Positions 1 through 8,547 of a DNA stretch of 64,000 nt are shown here, piece by piece. Within the stretch, counting starts at the first letter, position 1, and every line of letters starts with the position of its first letter. Origin of the DNA: an uncultured Candidatus Saccharibacteria bacterium (GTDB taxonomy: Bacteria; Patescibacteriota; UBA1384; CAYGGE01); NCBI GenBank assembly GCA_964349485.1, contig CAYGGE010000004.1, positions 4,628 to 68,627 of the forward strand, written 5' to 3'. The position numbers were made by a program, and so were the translations under genes. The notes under the pieces were generated by a model. The model worked only from the letters and a program-made list of their open reading frames with translations. It had not been told where the DNA came from and ran no database searches.

Positions 1-103
1 GTTCGGTTATCTTAGTAATTGTACTCACCCCAAGCTCAAGAAGTGCAAGGTAGACGGTAGCCGCATTCTTGCTAAAACCAAGTTCAATGAGTAGATCGTG
101 CAT
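1..103 (-). CDS. Partial CDS: N-terminus of a TrmB-like HTH transcriptional regulator; the gene runs off the window start
   Basis: Minus-strand translation from the ATG complementary to 101-103 gives MHDLLIELGFSKNAATVYLALLELGVSTITKITE, which resembles the N-terminal HTH of TrmB-family regulators. A strong SD (AAGGGGG) lies upstream on the minus strand. The fragment was too short to appear in the ORF track. Confidence 0.4.
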   Translation of the reverse strand, partial: MHDLLIELGFSKNAATVYLALLELGVSTITKITE

Positions 104-254
104 ACTTTCCCCCTTCAATTAATATTGAATATACCAGAAAATAAGCTACATTACTACAATTTTTGTTGTAAGTGGTTGATATTATGGGTTATAATCCATA
201 TACTTCTTCGTTGTCAGGCTGACAACATCGCCCTTCTACAAATAGGAATTCGTC

Positions 255-1049
255 ATGACAGTTTTATCCAAAGTACCGCGAAACTTAAGGGACCAGTCTG
301 GGTTCACTGACACTGAGAAGATAGTCAGAGATATCTATGCTCATCCCGCCCTGCGATTTGAGCAAGATTCGCTTACGCATATGATCGAGTCGTCACTGCT
401 GTTTACTGTCTGCTTCTATCGCAATTTACGATCGGTATTGTTCCACACCGTGGCTGAACTCGCCATCGGTATGGAGTACGATACCGAACGTCTATCGCTA
501 GTAATGAGACTTTGCAGTGGTGAACTAACCGATCGCGTGCGATCACTTGACGAGGGGTTAAGTGTCTACGGGCCACATTATGTCTGGATGTTCCGGGCAG
601 CCAGAGCTGCAGGAATCTCCACTGAGCCAATCGAACGGTTTGTTTACCTACTGAACGATGGCCAGGTGTGCAGTGAGGCGTGTCATGCGGTAGGCTTCAA
701 TCAAGCAGTTACAGAGTACTTAGACTTCAGCACAGAGTGCTGTAAGTCATATCACGCATCATTAGCGACGATCGCTGGGCGTGAGCATGTGCTGGCCGAG
801 ACGTTTGAGATCATGGTTGGTAGCCTGCCCTCAGGTGGGCATCTCGATCAGTATCGAGAGTTCCTGGCCGCACATGTCGTTGCCGATCGCGACAAGCCTG
901 TCGACCCACACGCCGATTTGATGACTCGGCTCGTCGAGTTGCAGTCGCCTGAAGACATGGGTCAAATGGTTGTAGTGATGTATGAATTCTTCAAGCGGCG
1001 GAAAGCCGTTTATGATACCTGCCTAACAGTAGGTGGACTTTACTTGTAG
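255..1049 (+). CDS. Hypothetical protein, possibly a heme-oxygenase-like / iron-containing redox enzyme family fold
   Basis: 264-aa ORF with an AGGAA SD 6 nt upstream. It is divergent from the TrmB-like gene. Similarity to TenA/PqqC/heme-oxygenase-like helical proteins is a weak impression only. Confidence 0.45.
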   Translation: MTVLSKVPRNLRDQSGFTDTEKIVRDIYAHPALRFEQDSLTHMIESSLLFTVCFYRNLRSVLFHTVAELAIGMEYDTERLSLVMRLCSGELTDRVRSLDEGLSVYGPHYVWMFRAARAAGISTEPIERFVYLLNDGQVCSEACHAVGFNQAVTEYLDFSTECCKSYHASLATIAGREHVLAETFEIMVGSLPSGGHLDQYREFLAAHVVADRDKPVDPHADLMTRLVELQSPEDMGQMVVVMYEFFKRRKAVYDTCLTVGGLYL

Positions 1050-1213
1050 AAGGAGGTCTGAGGAAGGTGGCCTGGGAGTGGTATCTCGCAGGCCTCCGCC
1101 TTAGCCCTGTGTAAAACCCAACTTGCATGTTTCTCGTCTGACGATACAATAGGAAAGTCGTCTTTTTTTGTAAACAGACTACTAAACCACAGAGGCTATT
1201 CTTGAAAGAAGTA

Positions 1214-2350
1214 ATGACTGTCGAAGACTTTGGCCCAGAACAGATTATCGAAGTCCATGATCCAAAAATTGGGATGCATGGTTTCTTGGTTATCGACAAT
1301 ACGGCTAAAGGTCCAGGTAAGGGTGGTTTTCGCATGACACCAACCGTGAACCTAGACGAGGTAAAGCGTTTAGCTCGGACGATGACCTGGAAAAATGCCA
1401 TCGCTGACATACCTTTTGGTGGGGCGAAGGGCGGTATCGTCTGGAGTGGTGGATCTGAAGCGCTCAAGAAAGAGTATGTCCAATCATTTGCCCGGGCGCT
1501 GAAGCCCTTTCTGGTTAAGCGTTACATCTCTGCTCCTGATGTGAATACCGGGGAGAAAGAAATGCGATGGTTTGTCGAGGCGGTCAATATTCACAAAGCG
1601 GCAACTGGTAAACCAACCGATCTCTGTCAGGGTCTATTTGCTAAAGAGTGTGGCTTGCCCCATGAACTAGGTAGCACTGGTTTTGGCGTCGCACAGGCTG
1701 CTAAAGTAGCTATGGGTCTCAAGAAGATAAGAATGGAAGGTGCCACGGTGGCGATTGAAGGCTTTGGCAATGTCGGCAGTTTTGCTTTTAAATTTCTCCG
1801 AGAGATGGGCGCCAAAGTGGTTGCAGTTGCCGACAGTAAAGGCACAGCCTATAGTGCTGATGGTTTAGATGGATCGACTCTAACGAACGTTAGAGCTAAT
1901 GGTCAGACAGTTGGCGAATACCCGGGTGCCAAAAAACTTGATCGTGATGAGATCTTTGGTTTAGAGGTGGATGTACTAATCTTGGCGACGGTTACTGACG
2001 TCATCAACGACAACAATAAAGATTTGGTGAAGGCGAAAATAATTGTTGAAGGCGCTAATATCCCTATCCAAGAAGCGATCGAGCGTGAGTTGTGGGGTCG
2101 AGGTATTCTGATTGTTCCGGACTTTATTGCCAATGCTGGCGGGGTTATCTCCTCATATGCTGAGCATAGAGGCTACGGAGCAGAGAAGATGTTTAAACTT
2201 ATTGAGCAGAAGATCGTGCAGAATACTAAAGCTATTCTGTCCCAGGCCTTGAGGGAGAATCTCGATCCTCGGACAGTTGGACTTTCCATAGCTAAAGAGC
2301 GCGTGGTTAACGCTATGTCAAAGCATAAACAGACATTTAGCGCGAGATAA
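1214..2350 (+). CDS. Glu/Leu/Phe/Val dehydrogenase family protein
   Basis: Motifs GPGKGGFRM and DIPFGGAKGGI plus a Rossmann GFGNVG are typical of the GDH/LeuDH family. The track start at 1202 is a TTG; the first ATG is at 1214. Confidence 0.9.
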   Translation: MTVEDFGPEQIIEVHDPKIGMHGFLVIDNTAKGPGKGGFRMTPTVNLDEVKRLARTMTWKNAIADIPFGGAKGGIVWSGGSEALKKEYVQSFARALKPFLVKRYISAPDVNTGEKEMRWFVEAVNIHKAATGKPTDLCQGLFAKECGLPHELGSTGFGVAQAAKVAMGLKKIRMEGATVAIEGFGNVGSFAFKFLREMGAKVVAVADSKGTAYSADGLDGSTLTNVRANGQTVGEYPGAKKLDRDEIFGLEVDVLILATVTDVINDNNKDLVKAKIIVEGANIPIQEAIERELWGRGILIVPDFIANAGGVISSYAEHRGYGAEKMFKLIEQKIVQNTKAILSQALRENLDPRTVGLSIAKERVVNAMSKHKQTFSAR

Positions 2351-2445
2351 CCGTTCTCAGCTTTTTCAATTAGATTGATATCGTTGATCCTGTCTTAATC
2401 ACAATTTGTCTTGTTGCTTGGTATCGCGCGTGATATGATTATGCT

Positions 2446-2925
2446 ATGATACTCAAGTTTCTCTACACCCTATTTCTTGGGCTGATGGTCGCTCTATTTG
2501 TTGGGTTAGGCGTCGCTGCTTTTTATGAAGCGCCAAAAGAACCAGAATATCCTGAGTTACTAAGCGAACCGATGCTAGTCAAAGAGGGCGTGTCCCAAGA
2601 ATCGGAAGGACAAAAGACGGCTCGCCGGGAATATAACAAAGAACAGAAAGAGTTTCGGAAGTTATCTAGCATCTACAACCGCAACGTCTCAATAGTTGCC
2701 ATGATCGCGGCAGTCATCATCTTAGTCATAAGCCTTAGGCTTGTGACTAAGATATTGCTCATGTCTGATGGTTTACTGCTCGGTGGCGTCCTAACTTTGC
2801 TTTACAGCTTAATCCGCGGCTTTATGGCTGAAGACGCCAAATATCGTTTTGTAGCAGTTACTATTGGTTTATTTATCGCCCTAGTTGTCGGATTTCTTAA
2901 ATTTATCCGTCACGAAGAGAAATAG
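2446..2925 (+). CDS. Hypothetical membrane protein
   Basis: 159 aa with an N-terminal and a C-terminal cluster of predicted TM helices and a charged linker. Confidence 0.5.
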   Translation: MILKFLYTLFLGLMVALFVGLGVAAFYEAPKEPEYPELLSEPMLVKEGVSQESEGQKTARREYNKEQKEFRKLSSIYNRNVSIVAMIAAVIILVISLRLVTKILLMSDGLLLGGVLTLLYSLIRGFMAEDAKYRFVAVTIGLFIALVVGFLKFIRHEEK

Positions 2926-2935
2926 TGGGGTTAAA

Positions 2936-3280
2936 ATGCTATTGTTACGTTGGCTAATTAATGCTCTCACCTTAATAATCGTCGCAAACCTAGTACCAGG
3001 CTTTATGGTCGACTCGCTCTATGCCGCCTTGATCACTGCACTAGTCCTCGGGCTGGTCAATGCGGTGATCCGTCCAGTTCTCTTGCTACTCACCTTACCG
3101 ATCAATTTACTATCGCTCGGTCTATTTACATTTGTGATTAATGCCTTCATGATCCTGCTTGTCTCGACAGTGGTCAAAGGCTTCGAAGTTACAGGCTTTG
3201 GTCCAGCTCTCTGGGCTGCCGTGGTTCTCTGGTTGATTAGCCTGATCACCAATGTTCTCTTCGCTTCGACAAAAGACTGA
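2936..3280 (+). CDS. DUF360 / YvlD-like (phage-holin-4-like) small membrane protein
   Basis: Segment MLLLRWLINALTLIIVANLVPGFMV...VINAFMILL is characteristic of YvlD-family four-TM proteins. The likely start is an internal ATG after the upstream gene's stop. Confidence 0.6.
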   Translation: MLLLRWLINALTLIIVANLVPGFMVDSLYAALITALVLGLVNAVIRPVLLLLTLPINLLSLGLFTFVINAFMILLVSTVVKGFEVTGFGPALWAAVVLWLISLITNVLFASTKD

Positions 3281-3335
3281 TCTATTCTTTACCTTCCTCG
3301 AAGAAGTTGCTATACTCTCTTCTGCAAAGGAAACT

Positions 3336-4499
3336 ATGTCTCAGAAACTTCGTGATGTCTATCTCGACCATGCCGCGGCGACCTATTTGGATCCGCGAGT
3401 TCAAGCTATTATGGAAGGGTATTGGCAGGAGAGTTTTGGTAACCCATCCTCCCTGTATCGCTTAGGTCGCATGTCTAAAGAGGCGCTTGAGGCATCGCGG
3501 ACAACCATTGCACATGTGCTACATAGTGAGCCGGGTGAGATCATCTTTACTTCCGGTGGGACCGAGAGTAATAATCTGGCCATCCTGGGCGTCTGTAAGG
3601 CCTGGGAGGCGGCCCATCCTGACACTGCCAAACCACATCTTATTACTAGCGCCATTGAGCATCAGTCGGTTTTAAATGTCTGTAAGCAACTTGAGCTTAC
3701 TGGTTATACTGTCACCTATCTTCCAGTTGACACAAACGGCCTCGTCGATCCAAAAACCTTAGCCGAGGCGATCCGCGCGGATACGATTATGGTTAGCATT
3801 ATGTATGCCAATAACGAAGTCGGCACCGTCCAACCAATCGCTGAACTGGTGGCTAGCTGTAAAGCCAAGAGTATCTACTTTCATACCGATGCCTGCCAGG
3901 CTGCTGGCGCCTTACCGCTCGATGTCCAAAAACTTGGCGTCGATCTCATGACTATCAACGGGAGCAAGATCTACGGGCCGAAAGGTATCGGATTGCTCTA
4001 TGTGAAACAAGGGGTCAAAATTCGTCCACTGCTTCAAGGTGGTGGTCAGGAGAAAGGCTTGCGTTCTGGGACTGAAAATATCCCGGCGATCGTCGGTTTG
4101 GCGAAAGCTCTAGAACTTATTTCACAGGAGAAAAAAAGTGAGAACGAGCGCTTGACTGACTTACGAGATTACTTTGCCCGAGAACTAGCACTACGTATTC
4201 CGGATATCAAATTTAACGGTCATGTCATCAAGCGGTTACCGAATAATCTTAATGTAACTATTCCGGGTATTGATGGTGAATCGTTTATTCTTTTAGCCGA
4301 TCAAGCCGGCATCGCTTGTGCGACTGGTTCTGCCTGCGATACCGCCACAGATGACCCCTCACATGTTCTATTGGCACTTGGCCTCAATACTGAATCCGCC
4401 CAAGCATCAATTCGCTTTACCCTAGGCAGACGAACCAGCAAAACCGACCTCGAGTACGTTATTCGCCAAACTGAAGCCATCGTCTCGCGGTTACGCTAG
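3336..4499 (+). CDS. iscS: Cysteine desulfurase (class V aminotransferase, IscS/NifS-like)
   Basis: N-terminus YLDHAAATYLDPRV, a PLP-lysine region and SGSACDT near the C-terminus. Start taken at the ATG for MSQKLRDVYLD. Confidence 0.85.
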   Translation: MSQKLRDVYLDHAAATYLDPRVQAIMEGYWQESFGNPSSLYRLGRMSKEALEASRTTIAHVLHSEPGEIIFTSGGTESNNLAILGVCKAWEAAHPDTAKPHLITSAIEHQSVLNVCKQLELTGYTVTYLPVDTNGLVDPKTLAEAIRADTIMVSIMYANNEVGTVQPIAELVASCKAKSIYFHTDACQAAGALPLDVQKLGVDLMTINGSKIYGPKGIGLLYVKQGVKIRPLLQGGGQEKGLRSGTENIPAIVGLAKALELISQEKKSENERLTDLRDYFARELALRIPDIKFNGHVIKRLPNNLNVTIPGIDGESFILLADQAGIACATGSACDTATDDPSHVLLALGLNTESAQASIRFTLGRRTSKTDLEYVIRQTEAIVSRLR

Positions 4500-4578
4500 T
4501 CTATTAGCCATAACTCTTGAGTCTTACCAACTTTTCTGCTATACTACACCTGTTGTCGCAAATGAGAACTTGTAAAAT

Positions 4579-4655
4579 GGCCCGGTCGTCTAGTGGTCCA
4601 GGACATTGGATTCTCATTCCAAAGATCAGGGGTTCGACTCCCCTCCGGGCTGCCA
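4579..4655 (+). tRNA. tRNA-Glu (anticodon CUC)
   Basis: Cloverleaf folded by hand: acceptor GGCCCGG/CCGGGCT, D-arm TCGTCTAGTGGTCCAGGAC (Glu-like), anticodon stem TTGGA/TCCAA with loop TTCTCAT, T-arm AGGGG-TTCGACT-CCCCT, discriminator G and an encoded CCA. Confidence 0.85.
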
Positions 4656-4758
4656 AACTAATAATGCTCACTCGAGGGTGGGCGTTTTTAGTTTGGCAGG
4701 GTGGTGATAAAAGGGAGTCGAACGGGCGTGAGCTGGCGCAGTGCCCCGGCCTGAAAGG

Positions 4759-4781
4759 TCGACTCCCCTCCGGGCTGCCAA
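4759..4781 (+). repeat. Exact 23-bp direct repeat of the tRNA-Glu 3' end (TCGACTCCCCTCCGGGCTGCCAA); att-site-like scar
   Basis: Identical to 4634-4656. An 11-nt inverted copy of the T-arm (GGGAGTCGAAC) sits at 4713-4723. The segment cannot be folded into a complete tRNA. Confidence 0.6.
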
Positions 4782-4931
4782 CACAAAATAGCCATCCTCA
4801 GATGACAGTTTTTGATATTGAGGGTACAAAATGGGGGCTAGACGGTTGACCTTTCTTGGTTTGATATGTTAAGGTTTTAATCGTTGCAGAGAGAAGTAAT
4901 CTGTAGCTTGACGCTGATAAGGGGAAATCGG

Positions 4932-5549
4932 ATGGGGCGTCTTTTTTTGATGCTTGGGTTGCTGTTCTGTTTGGTATCGGTTGATGCACTGCCAGTGATG
5001 GCCGCAGGAGAGCGGAATCAAGATGCTGTACTGGTGGCCTGGGCCGAAATCGGCCACAGTCAGCATGGCGCTTACTCGGTAGGTTTCGTTAACCAGGAGC
5101 TTCAGATCTGGGGCTATGACCTGACTAGTCAAAGTCATCGAACCGTCAAAGTTGGCCATCTGTGGCCAGTGATGCATCTTCGTGGTCTTGAGGTACTGAT
5201 TGGCGGCTTTTTGGCTGACCGAGAGTATCACGGATTCATTGAGCCTTGGATCGAGTTTCGGGGTCACACTGCAAGGCTGTGGTTTGACGGTGAGTTCGGC
5301 GCGTACTTGCCGATCAGCCACGGCGAGACCGAGTTGCATTCTCACGAGACATTCGTCGGGTATCAGCTTAACAGCCGATGGACGATCGGACTTTCTACGG
5401 AGTTCTTGTCAGAAGGCAGAGACGCAGCCCATCTATTTCTGGGCGGTGAGGCGAGAGCCAGAGTAAGCACCTACACCATAGTCGGCGCGCGCGTCTTGGG
5501 GGGATCAGAGGGTTTAAGTGGTCGGCTAGAGGTCCGACGCACTTTCTAA
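4932..5549 (+). CDS. Hypothetical secreted protein with a signal peptide
   Basis: N-terminus MGRLFLMLGLLFCLVSVDALPVMAAG is signal-peptide-like, followed by beta-rich Gly/aromatic sequence. Confidence 0.45.
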   Translation: MGRLFLMLGLLFCLVSVDALPVMAAGERNQDAVLVAWAEIGHSQHGAYSVGFVNQELQIWGYDLTSQSHRTVKVGHLWPVMHLRGLEVLIGGFLADREYHGFIEPWIEFRGHTARLWFDGEFGAYLPISHGETELHSHETFVGYQLNSRWTIGLSTEFLSEGRDAAHLFLGGEARARVSTYTIVGARVLGGSEGLSGRLEVRRTF

Positions 5550-5565
5550 GCAGGAAGACGTTTGT

Positions 5566-5610
5566 AAAAAGCGAGGCTGTCCCAGTTAGGGACAGCCTCG
5601 CTTCATTTTT
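5566..5610. terminator. Bidirectional intrinsic terminator between convergent genes
   Basis: GCGAGGCTGTCCC-agtta-GGGACAGCCTCGC, a 13-bp stem, flanked by an A-run upstream and a T-run downstream. Confidence 0.65.
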
Positions 5611-5626
5611 CGCATACCATAGGTTA

Positions 5627-5989
5627 TTATTTCTTCGTTAAGCCTTTTAGAAAATCAACTAACTTACTCGGTTCAGTTTCGGCCTTGAAGAGGTAGCCTG
5701 CGGCACCTAGTTCCTCACCTTTTTTTGCGCTGACTTCAGGAATATTGGTCAATAAATAGACCGGAATATCCTTGGTCTCATCGCTCGCTTTAAACTGCTT
5801 CAATACATCGAGGCCGTTTAGCTTGGGCATGATGATATCGAGCAAGATAACGTCTGGTTTAGTCGTAATCGCTTTGTCTAAGCCTTCCTCACCATCGACT
5901 GCGGTGACTACCTCGAAACCTTCGGTCTTCATTTTGTCTTGGTACATGGTTAAGAGGGCTTTTTCGTCATCGATTATTAGTACTTTCAT
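5627..5989 (-). CDS. Single-domain response regulator (CheY-like receiver)
   Basis: IIDDE, phospho-acceptor Asp in LLDIIMP, Thr in LLTNIP and Lys in YLFK are all canonical. Its start abuts the stop of the upstream kinase. Confidence 0.85.
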   Translation of the reverse strand: MKVLIIDDEKALLTMYQDKMKTEGFEVVTAVDGEEGLDKAITTKPDVILLDIIMPKLNGLDVLKQFKASDETKDIPVYLLTNIPEVSAKKGEELGAAGYLFKAETEPSKLVDFLKGLTKK

Positions 5990-7366
5990 CTATGAACCTT
6001 TCTTAACTTGTTTGGTGTTAACTAGTGGTAGGCGGATCTTAAAGATCGTACCTTTCCCAACGATCGAAGTAAAGCTAATTGCTCCGCCATGGGTCTCGAT
6101 AATCCGCTTTGCAATGTAGAGGCCTAGGCCAGTTCCTCGAGTGTCTAGATCAAAACTGTTGCTTGCCCGATAGAATCGCTGGAAAATGCGCGACTGTTCT
6201 TCTTCTGGGATGCCAACGCCATTATCTTCGACTGTCACGATGACATCCTTGTCATTTGGATCAACCTTCTGCATCCGGACAATAATCTCCTTAGCATTGT
6301 TATCGGTACCTGAATATTTGATAGCATTATCGATCAAGTTACTAAAGACTTGTTCAAGCTGTATTTTGTTACCTCTAATCTTGTTGACTTTCTGAGTGAG
6401 TTCCATAGATAAGGCGACAGATGAGCTGATAGCCTTCTCTTGAAGAGTTTGGACGCTCTCGCTAATTACTCGGTTTAAGGAGATTGGTTCATAGCGTAAG
6501 GTGACGTCTGTGTTAAGGTGGGTGATGTTGAGAAGATCAGCGATAATATTGCCAAGACGTAAACTGCCGTCGTGAATTTCTTTCATGTATCGTTTCTGCT
6601 TGGCGTTGAGCTTACCGGCATCGCCATCGTAAAGCAGCGAGGCATAGCCCCGGATGATCGAGAGTGGCGAGTTTAATTGATGAGCCGTCATGGAGACGAA
6701 GCCTTCCTCGATCGCTTCGACATCGTTTAATTTCTTATCAACTTCCCGTAGTTTCTCTTCGAAAAAGGTTCTTTCACTTTTTTCATGACGGAGTTGGATG
6801 GCCAAGGCGCGGGCGAAAAAACTGACTAGAATTAGGAATGATATCTGAAAAGTGCCGATGTAAAACGGATCGATTACCGCGAAAAAGCTAGTATTTAAGA
6901 TAAGATTACCGGCGATAAACATGCTGGCAAAAACGGCAATAACCAGTGAATTTAAGATGTTGAGAGCAAATGCCGCCGCCGCGATCGGCAGGATATAGAG
7001 GGTGAAAAAGTAGATATTGTAGTCTTTAGCCAGGGTTGCCAAGATGCCAATGAAGATAACATCGGCAATGTCTTTGATGTAATAGCGTTGCTTATCGTTG
7101 AAATAACGGTAGATCACACTGTAGTAGAGCAGAGCAAACGCGATTACGACTCCAGCAAGCCATAGAGTACTCTCGTCTTGAAAGATATTTGATTTAAAAC
7201 TACGCAAGACAATGATAATTGTCAGGATGATAATCCAAACTGTCGCCTCTGCTAGACGGATGACAGTTTCTTGCCAGTGGTAGTGCAGATGGCTTTTATT
7301 GAGCCCTGGATGCTCATTGTCTGCATGACTTTCGGTGGCGACTGCCGCTCGTTCCATGAGTCCCAT
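5990..7366 (-). CDS. Membrane sensor histidine kinase (HisKA + HATPase_c)
   Basis: H-box HQLNSPLSIIRGYASLL, N-box DNAIKYS, G-boxes EDNGVGIP and GTGLGLYIAKRI, and an N-terminal multi-TM region. The likely start is MGLMERAAV, which has a GGGGA SD; the track start at 7432 lacks one. Confidence 0.85.
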   Translation of the reverse strand: MGLMERAAVATESHADNEHPGLNKSHLHYHWQETVIRLAEATVWIIILTIIIVLRSFKSNIFQDESTLWLAGVVIAFALLYYSVIYRYFNDKQRYYIKDIADVIFIGILATLAKDYNIYFFTLYILPIAAAAFALNILNSLVIAVFASMFIAGNLILNTSFFAVIDPFYIGTFQISFLILVSFFARALAIQLRHEKSERTFFEEKLREVDKKLNDVEAIEEGFVSMTAHQLNSPLSIIRGYASLLYDGDAGKLNAKQKRYMKEIHDGSLRLGNIIADLLNITHLNTDVTLRYEPISLNRVISESVQTLQEKAISSSVALSMELTQKVNKIRGNKIQLEQVFSNLIDNAIKYSGTDNNAKEIIVRMQKVDPNDKDVIVTVEDNGVGIPEEEQSRIFQRFYRASNSFDLDTRGTGLGLYIAKRIIETHGGAISFTSIVGKGTIFKIRLPLVNTKQVKKGS

Positions 7367-7442
7367 GTTCCCCACTTTCTTATCACTACTATAGCAGGGG
7401 GAATGACCTGTCCGCAATGCGTCTAACGACAACTGGTTAGAA

Positions 7443-7470
7443 ACAAAAAACCGACTTTGCAGTCGGCCTT
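7443..7470 (-). terminator. Intrinsic terminator on the minus strand, downstream of the small peptide gene
   Basis: On the minus strand: CCGACT-gcaa-AGTCGG followed by TTTTTTT. Confidence 0.5.
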
Positions 7471-7507
7471 TTGTGTACTGATGTAAGGTGCCACGTTTTT
7501 TAACGGC

Positions 7508-7630
7508 TTATGCTACACCAGGAATTTGCAGAGCGAAGACGATCCCGTTCATAATTGCCAGAACGGCAACCAGGGACATGCTTACTGCTTCGACAGCAGT
7601 AAGGTCGCTGTAGTCAACATGTTTGGTCAT
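7508..7630 (-). CDS. Small hydrophobic peptide of 40 aa (MTKHVDYSDLTAVEAVSMSLVAVLAIMNGIVFALQIPGVA)
   Basis: Not in the ORF track because it is under 60 aa. It has a perfect SD (GGAGGA) 5 nt upstream of the ATG, a single predicted TM helix and its own terminator. It lies directly upstream of the HK-RR operon. Confidence 0.4.
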   Translation of the reverse strand: MTKHVDYSDLTAVEAVSMSLVAVLAIMNGIVFALQIPGVA

Positions 7631-7944
7631 GTTGTCCTCCTATATTATGTTCCCTTCGTATCTTGCCGGATCCATTTGAAAAGTTTTTATGCCTGTTATG
7701 CGTTATCCCACTGACCGCCGGGGACAACCCTATACTTATTACTTGGGCAAGTGTGTGACGAAGAAAACGATTGTTACAGTGCGTACCCTCCTTGGAAAGA
7801 GAACTCCCTTCCTTTTTGGTACATGTATACTATAACACGCATTTTGACTGCTGTCAAGAGTGGTACGTTGGAGGACGAGGCATAGCCTCTTTCGGGTTTA
7901 CTGACGGAATATTTGTGTGTTAGTCAAAGGGTGTTTGGTTAGTC

Positions 7945-8499
7945 ATGTTCAATTTGGATCTTGCTATTTTATGCTATGCTACACACATGCCCTACCAGCT
8001 GATCTTAGCCGTCATCGCTTTCATAGCTCTGTTGTTAAGCCTCCTGATCGCTATTTCGAATATCATTTCAATGGCTCTGGGGGCGCCAGCGGTGAGTAGC
8101 CCTCGTCATGAGCTTTGGAAAAAGTTTGCGGCCAACGACAAGACATTGCTCGATCTTGGCTGTGGAATGGGCAATATCTGTGTCGCCGCCGCCCCCTACT
8201 TTCGACATGTTTATGGTATCGAGTACTCTCCCTGGTATTATTTAGTCAGTCGGTTGCGAACGAGACATCTTAAAAATGTCAGCATTATTCACGGCAACTT
8301 TTTCACCACAAAATGGCCACAAACAGACTACATCTATGCCTACCTTTTTCCTGATCTGTTGACAAAACTCTACCCTCGGCTTAAGGAAAGCCAGGCAATT
8401 GTACTCAGCCTCAGCTTTCCGATCAACGCCGTGAAAGCCGATAAGGTTGTCGATAATGGGAAGAAAAAAATGTACATATACCGTCCGATCTCAGTTTGA
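7945..8499 (+). CDS. Class I SAM-dependent methyltransferase with an N-terminal TM helix
   Basis: Motif I LLDLGCGMGN. Several in-frame ATGs make the start uncertain. Confidence 0.6.
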   Translation: MFNLDLAILCYATHMPYQLILAVIAFIALLLSLLIAISNIISMALGAPAVSSPRHELWKKFAANDKTLLDLGCGMGNICVAAAPYFRHVYGIEYSPWYYLVSRLRTRHLKNVSIIHGNFFTTKWPQTDYIYAYLFPDLLTKLYPRLKESQAIVLSLSFPINAVKADKVVDNGKKKMYIYRPISV

Positions 8500-8547
8500 T
8501 GGCCAAGACACTTGGCAAAGGGCAAGCCTTGGCGTAAAGTATTCCCC

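Noticed and set aside
991-1467. 158-aa minus-strand ORF overlapping the end of 255..1049 and the start of the dehydrogenase gene
   Set aside because: It overlaps two better-supported plus-strand genes and their intergenic region. It has no SD and no recognisable motifs.
4680-4781. Possible second tRNA, tRNA-Sec or permuted tmRNA downstream of tRNA-Glu
   Set aside because: The segment ends in a copy of the tRNA 3' strand plus CCA, but no complementary 5' acceptor strand or T-stem partner can be found. The GGGAGTCGAACGGG stretch only superficially resembles a tmRNA 5' end. It is better explained as a partial duplication, with an inverted T-arm fragment, of tRNA-Glu.
7433-7945. Possible riboswitch or ncRNA in the long leader upstream of the methyltransferase gene
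   Set aside because: Only short hairpins and a TTGAC-tgct-GTCAA palindrome are visible, with no recognisable riboswitch consensus. The palindrome is more likely part of a divergent promoter or operator region, and that cannot be decided from the sequence alone.
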